Below are positions 55,246 through 64,000 of a stretch of 64,000 nt of DNA, in pieces. The position numbers and the translations under genes were made by a program. The first letter of the stretch is position 1. The number at the start of each line of letters is the position of its first letter. The notes beneath the pieces are model-generated. The model was not told where the DNA came from. It did no database searches and saw only the letters and a list, made by a program, of their open reading frames with translations. Source of the DNA: Paramecium tetraurelia (taxonomy: Eukaryota); the NCBI GenBank assembly GCA_000165425.1, contig CT868676.1, forward strand, positions 128,981 through 192,980. Reading direction: 5' to 3'.

Positions 55246-56259
55246 TCACTCAAATGCCAACTTCTCCAAAATAAGGTTAATTTATTAATCAAAATCCAAG
55301 TTTTATTTATCGTCATTGTACTCAGTAAAACTATATAAAGATAAATTTTGATTATTTATTGTTGAATTGAGGGATGTTGAAAGTTCAGATTCAACTTAGA
55401 TTTATTTTATGTCTGTTTATTTTTGAAACGTTTTCTATCTTTCGTTTTTCTTTATATTTAACTTTCTCAGATAAACCAAAGCTTCTTAGTATACATTTTA
55501 TTCTGTTTCTCTTTTATTAATTCCGATTTTTTAAATTTAAAAGTTACTATTTAATTCTAATGTTATTTAGTAATAGGAATTATTTTAATTTAAAATAGTA
55601 TCATCCTTTTTCCATTCTATTGTTAATTTAGGGTTTATGCCTAATTATCCTTTGTACTAATTTAAGAATTCTAAAAAGGATGATTTGGGGTTATATTTCC
55701 ATTTTTTTAGACCTATTTCCTGGCCTCTAGAAATATTTTATTTTTATACTTATTTAATAATTGCGCAATAATTGGGTGAATAAGATCTCTCAGTACCTCA
55801 AGATCATTTTGTTTGTCATAGTAATGGGCTCCTATGACCGATTTAAGACAATCAGACAATACTTTTGGATTATTTCTATTATAATTATAATTAGTAATAC
55901 TTTAATGATTTTTAGTTTCCAACACTGACTAGATTTTATAAATTTAATAAAGTTGCTATTTCTGATAGATATTTATCATTAATCAATCTCTATCTTAATT
56001 AAATAATATCACTAGGCTTTTTAAATTAACTTTATTAGTTTGGAAATCTACTTTAACACTAATTAACATACCCTTAAAGTAGCATATAGTCATAAAAATA
56101 GAATTCAATTAATTATTATCCGTCTATGGAGAATTCTTCATTATTCCCATATTAATAAAGTTTTCCAGTCTTCTAAAAATATTCCGTTTCGTGAATTTTA
56201 TTAGAGAGGGCTTAAACTAAAAGCTTTTGATTTCTGAATTCCAAGAGTTGATTGAACAT
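55246..56259 (-). CDS. RNase III domain + dsRBD protein with degenerate catalytic residues (about 321 aa)
   Basis: FRNQKLLVQALSN..NNEEFSIDGQQLIEF..LRQRLINDKYLSEIATLLNL..PKVLSDCLKSVIGAHYYD; dsRBD NPKSSFLEFLNQ...GINKRETEQNVYQEALVYL; introns 55876-55900 and 55727-55749. Confidence 0.85.
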
Positions 56260-56521
56260 TCGTTTTAAATTTATTTTACATCTTATAAAATCTTAACTTA
56301 ATGACCTTCAATCATTGTACAAAATTTAAGAAAAATGGAAAAATTTAATTTCTGATTTTTGATTGATAGAAAACAAAAAAATTAATGATTTACAAACTAT
56401 TAAAAATAGTCTAAAAAATGGTCTATAAAATGGTTTAGTAATACAATTCATCTTGAATATATTAAAAATATCAAGTATAATTATATGAATTTTAGAAATA
56501 TAAAAATATTATTATAATTTA

Positions 56522-57838
56522 ATGATCAAATAATTAAATTAAGAGTCTATTTTACATATATCAACATCTTCAACTCTTTAGAGTTTAGCAAGTTTTGTGA
56601 AGGAATTAATCGAGAATTCTATAGATGCACAGGCAACATAAATTATTGTGAATTTTTTTAATAATGGCAAAGAAGGTTTTGAAGTAATAGATAATGGAAT
56701 TGGAATCTCAACAATCAATTAAAAATAGCTAGCCACTAGAGGAGGTACTAGCAAGATAGAAAATTTTGAGGATTTGGAAGTAGTACATTTATCTTATTAA
56801 GTTTGTCGTCACTCATGGATTTAGAGGGGAAGCCTTAAATTCAATAGCAACATTATCTAACGTAACAATTATTTCCAAGCATAAAGATGAAGAATTAGGG
56901 TGGAAATGGGAAATACCCCAAGAGCCAACTAAGATTGCCAGATAAACAGGAACATCAATTAGAGTAGAAAATATATTTTATACGCTTCCTGTTAGAGCAT
57001 AAGAGTTTAAAAAGAATTACAAAATCGAATATAATAAAGCTATCAATATATTGACTGAGTACGCTATCATTAATACAAATATTGAATTTAAAATATATAA
57101 TGAGGAAGAAGTATAATTTGAATAATTTATTAAAGAAAAATAAGAAAAAGCTCATCTTAGATAGTGGATTGGCAAATCAAAATATGAAATAAAGGATTAC
57201 AAATGTTTTAGGGGATTCTATTGCCAACGACTTAATCCCTTTTGAGAAGATCTCATAAGACTTTACCTTAATTGGCTTTTTAAGTAAAAGTATTGAAAGT
57301 GGGAGTTATAAAGGTTAAAATAGAAAAACATTTTGGTATTGTTACATAAATAAAAAACCTATAAATCCTCCTAAACAAGTATTATAAATAATGAGAGATA
57401 TCTATAGATAACATAATCCAAATGGAAACTTTTTTTTTATCCTAGAAATAAATTTACGGCAGATTAATGATGCAGATTTCAATGTTAGTGTAGATAAAAG
57501 AGATGTATATTTGAAAAATGAAAAATTAATTCTTGAAAACATCGAATAAATCGTGACAGAAACTTTAGAAAAAAATAAAGAAAAACTAAAGTATATTGGA
57601 AGAGATGGAAATTTAGATTAATTTATCATGGCAACTGCAAAGTAATCAGAAAAGCCAGCTCCTTCACAAATTATTGCATAAACAGAAAAAAGAAAAGATC
57701 CTCCACCCTAATAAACTAAAGAAATTTAAAAAAGAAATAGTACTTTCTTGTCCTAGCTTAAGAATTTAAATCCTTAAAAAAATATACCAAATGAATTTAA
57801 TTAAAATGAATCATAATTCACATAATCACAATAAGACT

Positions 57839-57899
<61 letters not shown>

Positions 57900-58626
57900 G
57901 CCAACTTCCTAACCGAATAATGAGAAAATATAATTAAAAATTAATGAAGTGATTTAATAAAAAGAAGAAAAATAATTATTTGAAGCTGATGAATTTGAAT
58001 AACTATCAAAATAAAATCATTTCCTCAAAGAACACTTCAATAATTTATAAATTATTGGTTAATTTAATAAAGGATTTATTATTTGTGAGCATGAAGAGAA
58101 AATATATGTTCTTGATTAGCATGCTTGTGATGAGAAGTACAATTATGAGAGATTAATCAATTAATTAAAATTCAACAGAGCCTAGTTAATTGTACCAATA
58201 ACTCTCAAATTATCAGGATTTCTGTTAGAATTACTGATAGATAATTAACAATAAATTAATGATAAATACAAATATCAAGTGGAGATAACAGAAAATTGTG
58301 TTAAAGTGAAAACATGCCCCAGTTATAGTAATATTCAACTAGGGGCTGATACTTTACTCTAAATTCTAGATCAGTTGAGTTAAGGCAAAAAACTAGATCA
58401 AATAGAGATCCCTTAAATAAAATAGAAATTAGCTTCACAAGCCTGCAGAACTTCAATAATGGTTGGATCAGATTTATAAGCAAAACAAATGGAAAACGTA
58501 GTAAAAAATTTAACAACTTTAATTTCTCCATGGAATTGTCCTCATGGAAGGCCAACACTGATTTAAGTTCAACAACCAAAATAAGCTAAATTTAGCAAAG
58601 GATTTAGCAATAATTTGTTGTATTGA
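56522..58626 (+). CDS. PMS2: MutL-family mismatch-repair endonuclease PMS2 (yeast Pms1 type)
   Basis: CVKELIENSIDA, DNGIGI, HGFRGEAL, IIGQFNKGFI, DQHACDEKYNYE, ACR and PWNCPHGRPT. Confidence 0.95.
57841..57900 (+). repeat. (TAA)19 TAG microsatellite encoding a 20-Gln tract in the PMS2 linker
   Basis: Perfect TAA run in frame with PMS2. Confidence 0.95.
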
Positions 58627-59294
58627 GTGAAATTTATTCTATAACCATTATTAGTTTTGATAATTTAAAAATCATTAAATTTATAATCTCAAGATATGAA
58701 ATAAAATGGCATTAATGTCATTTAGATAAGTGCATATAGCTAATAAATATCGTGTAACATAAGAAATGAATTTTTAAGCATCCCATATTTATAAAGAGAC
58801 CTAAGTTAGATTTAACAATTTTATAAATAATATCAAATATTTTCAGCTCAATTCAACAAATATTTAGGTAATCATCTTTATGATTAACATTAAAGTATTA
58901 TTTTTATTCATTTATGTCTCTCTTTGACATCTTGAGAACTCTCCCTTAATGTTATGTTAAGATTCATTTGATATAATAATAAAAAATTATAAAAAGAAAA
59001 AAAATAAAATTGTTAATAGAGTTTTAAATTTATTGATAAATTTTGCTATTAAATTTAGACTATACGAATTTAGATAGAATTATGGAACTTGGCTAAAGAT
59101 AATAAGATCTACTTTTTTCACAATTTATCTATTTAATAATAGAACTTTGTAGGAATTGGAAAAGAATCGGATTAAAAGATATATAATTGAATTTACAGCG
59201 GTACCTTTTTTCTGTAAATATAAACCACTAAGAGTACCATAATTGTATTAATGAATATTTCATATTTAAAATTCGTTTTATAATTTTATTATTA

Positions 59295-60467
59295 ATGAAA
59301 GTTATTTATACTTTATTCCTTAGCTTATTAATTGTGCAATGCGAGAAAAATTTGAGCTCTAGAATAGAGAGTTTATTATAAACACAATTGGGACATACGC
59401 TACTATCAACAGCATAATTAGCATTATAAACAAATACTCCTTTGGATAGGTAAAGTGGCTATTTACTAGAGAATAATAGATACTCTGTAAGAATTAGAAG
59501 ATAAATATTAAAAAGATTAGAAGGAGGAGGACTTAGAAAATAGAGAGTTTCAATAAAAATGTGATACAGATCTGTCCAATCTTAATAATGAGATTGATGA
59601 TATAAATAGATTGAAGGTAAAGATTTAAGGAGCCATAGATTAACTTAAAGCTAGTATAGAGTATGTTAAGCAAAAATATTAATTAGATCAAAGAAAAAGA
59701 TCTTAGATGAGAAAAATGCTTTGAGAAAGAACTTGAGAAAAGGAATGAATGAAGTAGATGTTATAAGAGAATATTAAGTTAAAGTATATGAAGATAAGAG
59801 AGGAGAAGTGGGAAAGATAATTAAAACATTAGAAGAAGTGAAATTAGTATATGCTTAAAAGCTAAGAACAAACTTTTTAGAGTTATAGACAGAGAAAACA
59901 ACAGTGAAACCAGAGGTATTTGCAGAGGTAACAAAGCAACTGGTTAGTTTTGGTAAACTCAAATCATTAGGAAAACCGTTTTAAGATATAATAGACTTTA
60001 TGATTCAGATGAGTTAAAATGGAAATAATATAGGTGTTTTGAGGAATATTATAGATTTGAGTGAATCTTTAATTAGGTAAATTGATGAAATCTGGTAAGT
60101 AGAGAGAAAAGCAGAGGAGGAGAGAGTCAGATGGTATACAGAATATTAAAAGTTTAATAACACAGATTTCAAAATTTATGATAAGGAAATAAATGAATTA
60201 GAGGCTTTGATTTAATCTCTTAAAGATAGATTGGCAGATAACCAGAGGAAGATAGATGATTTAACTCTCAGACTTGAATCTAAAGAATATACAAAGGAAG
60301 ATAGGAGAAATGAATGTTAATAAGCAGCTTATGACTATACTTAAAGAAGAATGTCAAGAGCAGTTGATCGTAACATAGTTTCTGAGGTAGTTGGATTGCT
60401 AAATGTGAATATGAGAGACCTTAAGGAAACTCTGGCTTAAAAAATGGCTGCTGGAGATCGTATTTGA
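59295..60467 (+). CDS. Trichocyst matrix protein-like secretory precursor
   Basis: Signal peptide MKVIYTLFLSLLIVQC, LGHTLLSTAQLALQT..LDRIIDTLQELE, two coiled-coil halves each with a Cys, and a central NFLEL motif. Confidence 0.78.
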
Positions 60468-60486
60468 TGAAATTTTACAGCATATA

Positions 60487-61016
60487 TCATATTAATTTCA
60501 TTTTCCTCATAACCATCATGAATTCATCTTTGCTAACCTTGCCATCTTAATCAAGATCAGCAGCATAAATCATGTCTTTTAAAGTTTGCTCATCGCATTC
60601 TTCTCCTAAATCAGCTGCAACTCTTCTTAATTTTTCCAGATCAATGGCACCCTAAATTATTTAAAGTTAGTTACTTCATTATCATCATCAAAATAGTTGA
60701 ATGCTTTTTCTATTTCGACTTCAACATTCTTATCTTCCAACATTTTCTTTTTCATCATTTCAACGAATTCCTAAAATTCAATTGTACCGGATCCATCTCT
60801 GTCTATTTACTCAACCATCTTTTGAACTTCTTCTTTAGAAGCATTGAATCCAAGAGCCTAATATTTAACATCATGAATTACTTTCATAGCATTTCTCAAT
60901 TCTGATTCATCAATTGATCCTGATTTATCTGTATCAAACAATGTAAATGCTTATTACAACACATCTATTTATTCTTTGGTCAATTTGGTTCTTTTAGCTT
61001 TTTTATTATTCTACAT
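60487..61016 (-). CDS. Centrin-type 4xEF-hand protein
   Basis: LTKEQIDVLQQAFTLFDTDKSGSIDESELRNAMKALGF..IDRDGSGTIEFQEF..FDDDNEGAIDLEKLRRVAADLGE..ADLDQDGKVSKDEF. Confidence 0.92.
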
Positions 61017-61185
61017 CTTCTCTAACTAACTAAGTAAATAATAAATATATATTAAATAATAATTTATCTCGTTTTCTTAAAGGACTATGGAAACTACTTA
61101 AGAATTGATCTTGCATGATATAAAATAGATTATAGATATTTAGTTTTCATGATTTATTATTTATCAATATCACAATAATATTTTA

Positions 61186-63297
61186 ATGCAATAAACAACA
61201 TCAATTAGTAAAAGGATTGCTACTTTATTTCATAATGTATAAATGACATCCATATATTAATACAGATAAAGGGAATCTACAAGAAAGATTCTTCAGCAAC
61301 ATAAGTGGAGGGATAGAAAGAATTCTAAGAATATGTCGATTATTTATTAGAAAGAGGGATGAGAATTAATAATTTGCGATTGGCTTAATTTAGAACAAGA
61401 AACAATCTACCTTATTTAGGATTACAAAGTAAATTTCAAATACAAATTTGATTAGCTATTCAGAAAATTGAAACTGATTCAATTCTTGTATCCGTGCCAA
61501 GAGAATTGATGTTGACCACTAAAATTGCATATTTTTCTGATATTCAAGAAATCTTTGATGCTTATCCTTAATTTTTTTGTTAGCATTGTGCAGGAGGATG
61601 GCAGGATAGAATCCTACTCACATATATATTATACCAATCTTAATTAGGGAGGTAATAATTTTCAAATAAATTTTTAAGATAATCATAATGGTATCATTTA
61701 ATTTCTAACTTACCAAAAGATATAGACTACTTGATATTTTGGTCTGAGTAGGAACTAAAATTATTGAATGATGAAAAACTTATTTTGAAAGCCAAGAGAG
61801 ATTTGCAAGATTTCTTATTGATCTAAAAAACATTAACGCATATTTTGGATCAGTTTCCTTAACATTTTTAAAAAGAAACTTATAGTTTTGAAAATATCAA
61901 GTGGATATTCATACATTTGGTAAGTAGATGTTTTGGATCCACTTTAGAACAAGTAGCTTTTGTTCCATTTTGTGAAATGTTTAATCATGAGAATACTGAT
62001 GTGAGATACAAAGGTTTATATTTAGAAAGTAACATCAATAAACCCAAAGATGATAAGGAATCAGATACTAATGAATCAGATGAGTCAGATGGTGATAGCG
62101 ATTCATATGAGTAAGAAGATTACTAATACCCATTTGAAATTTAAGAGCAAATCAAAATTTACAAATAGAAGACCCCAACCTATAAACTAATTGAGTAAGA
62201 GTTAACCGTGTATTAAAATTAAGTGGACTATTAAGATCCTGATGCAATAACAAAATTGAGACTTTATCAAGAAAAATGCAATAATAGAATAGAATTATAA
62301 ATTTTATATTTGAAGAATAAAAGATGGTTTTAGGAAAACTTAAATTTAAGAGACAATTTTACAATCATATTTGTTTCTAAGACTTTAGAGTATATCCAGG
62401 ACTAAATTAAATTATATGAAGTCGATGCTTTGTCTTATGAATAGGTGTCAGCTATCATCTAAAATGTAACATAGAATTCAGAACTGTATTTAGAAAAAGT
62501 AAAAGAATATGCTTATTAAAAACTCAAAGAAAAAAATTATTAACTCAAGTAATTTGAAATTCCAGAATAACCATCAGCAATAGAAACTGTTGATGAGATG
62601 TTAGAAGTGGGTATTCCTGAAAATGTCAAGCCTTTTGAAGCTAAAGTGGATTGGAAAGAGGATTAATTTGATAATTTTGTAATAAAATGTTCAAGCAAAG
62701 ATGAATTTGAAAAAGATGCTTAAGCATACTTTTCGTATGGAACAATCTCTAATAGATCGTTGTTATTACGATACGGGTTTACTCTAGAATACAATATATA
62801 CGATTATGTGGAAGTGAAATCATAATATATTTAATACATACCATATGCAAGTGATATTGCAGAAGTATCAATATAATAAAATATTCATTTAGTACTTCCA
62901 ATTGTCCAAGTACATGAAATTCAAAATTAAGTATACTAGAATCAACGATGATTTATTAATGTATTTTAAAATGCTAAACTGGTAATATGACTAAGGCATT
63001 TCATATCTATTTGATGATATTTATGATAGTGTAATTATCAATTAAGCTTACAATTTAATTGAAACATATCATTCAGATCATTATAAAGAAACCCTAAAAA
63101 GTTAAAAAGAAAAACTTACAGATTCAAAATTAAATTATCATGATTATTTCGCCTTAATTTATCAAATTGAAAAATAAAGAATACTTGAGGCTTAATTAGA
63201 GGCACTTTAGATTTTGAAATGTAAGATAGAGAAAAAGGAGTATGGCGAATAATAGTTTGAATGGAGTTCATATTTAGTAGAAAGGTTCAAAAATTGA
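61186..63297 (+). CDS. SET-domain methyltransferase, Rubisco-LSMT/SETD3-like, with an acidic insert
   Basis: ILVSVPRELML, WYHLISNLP, FWSEQEL, WIFIHLVSRCFG, FVPFCEMFNHEN and YFSYGTISNRSLLLRYGF. Confidence 0.88.
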
Positions 63298-63444
63298 AGT
63301 CCATAAAACCAGAATGATTATTTTTAATAGAATTACATTATTTTCATACTTGATTATAGATATTCTGTTATACCTAATTCCTTAGTTACTAAATATGCAA
63401 TAATAAGCAAAGATTTTAATTTATTTAGATGCATATATTTATGA

Positions 63445-64000
63445 TCATTTGATCGAAAGATTTTGAAGCAAATTATTATGCCACTTTTTTACAACTTCAT
63501 CTTTAATAAAAGATTGTGTTGGGTCTTTTAATACTTGTGGCAAGTATTTTTTAAGGACTTCTCCAGCTCTAAAATTAATATTGTTAAATTACTTTTGGTT
63601 TTCAGAAAGTCTTAAATAACATCTAATTATATGTCTCAATAATCTCTAATCATCTTTTTAGGATTGATGCAGATCATCAATCATAGTTTGTAAGACTTGG
63701 CTAACTGCAAAAAATCTTTCAGGAGTCTAACAGATATAATTAAGACCATTGTCGTCGAGAAGGATCTTCTAAACTATGAAAGTAGCAACTGTTCTTGAAA
63801 GCTCTTGTCCTTTTTTCATGATTCTCAGACAAAGTGGAATGATTTCAGTTTGCATTAAAAAATTAATTGCCTCTGGATCATCTCCCTATGAAAAAATTAA
63901 AAATATTTAAACCTTCACCAAAGCACCTATGACACCCAAACTAGTAACTCTTAGGTTTTCAAAAGCTTTGCTCTTGTTGCTAGTATTTAGAAATGGATAC
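63445..64000 (-). CDS. CNOT9: CCR4-NOT subunit CNOT9/Rcd1/Caf40 (5' end outside window)
   Basis: [73 protein letters not shown]. Confidence 0.95.

Noticed and set aside
1202..58579. Many F/L/I/S-rich ORFs in the supplied track (for example 1202, 11868, 12393, 24107, 24945, 49556-50206, 54230, 56955, 58301)
   Set aside because: They are antisense shadows of real code-6 genes on the opposite strand.
13557..61016. Functional cluster of cilia and cytoskeleton genes (TTLLs, CFAP57, ODF3-like, IFT22, centrin)
   Set aside because: Such genes are abundant in ciliate genomes and are interspersed here with unrelated genes; there is no evidence of co-regulation.
61235..61246. Apparent ATG-TAT-AAA-TGA uORF in front of the SET gene
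   Set aside because: It lies across a predicted 29-nt intron (61237-61265), and ATG 61186 gives a continuous frame.
1..64000. Transposons, retained IESs, telomeric repeats or horizontally acquired islands
   Set aside because: I saw no transposase or RT motifs, terminal inverted repeats, C4A2/C3A3 arrays or standard-code intronless blocks; short IESs cannot be called without germline data.

Overview
Gene-dense, very AT-rich eukaryotic DNA that reads as ciliate macronuclear sequence, most likely Paramecium. TAA/TAG read as Gln, TGA is the only stop, and GT-AG introns are tiny (about 20-34 nt). The supplied standard-code ORF track is therefore fragmented, and I re-read all genes by hand with translation table 6. 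I support about 33 protein genes and one tRNA-Asn(GTT). Recognisable genes: an atypical MAPK, a BAH-PHD reader, a TTLL enzyme, a Rad5-like SNF2-RING helicase, CFAP57, an ODF3/SHIPPO-repeat protein, DAD1, MORN and DENN proteins, a cNMP-binding K+ channel, RPA12, a YME1/FtsH protease, a RAP-domain protein, IFT22, PMS2, a trichocyst matrix-like protein, centrin, a SET methyltransferase and CNOT9. Most notable: a stand-alone RNase III + dsRBD gene with a destroyed catalytic site, invisible in the ORF track and head-to-head with PMS2; an intact but catalytically dead TTLL paralogue; a HAD-like domain fused to a Dpy-30 motif; two small proteins with paired PP1 docking motifs; and a cluster of apparent frameshifts at 37-46 kb. 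Gene ends and splice models are hand-derived and may be off at some boundaries.
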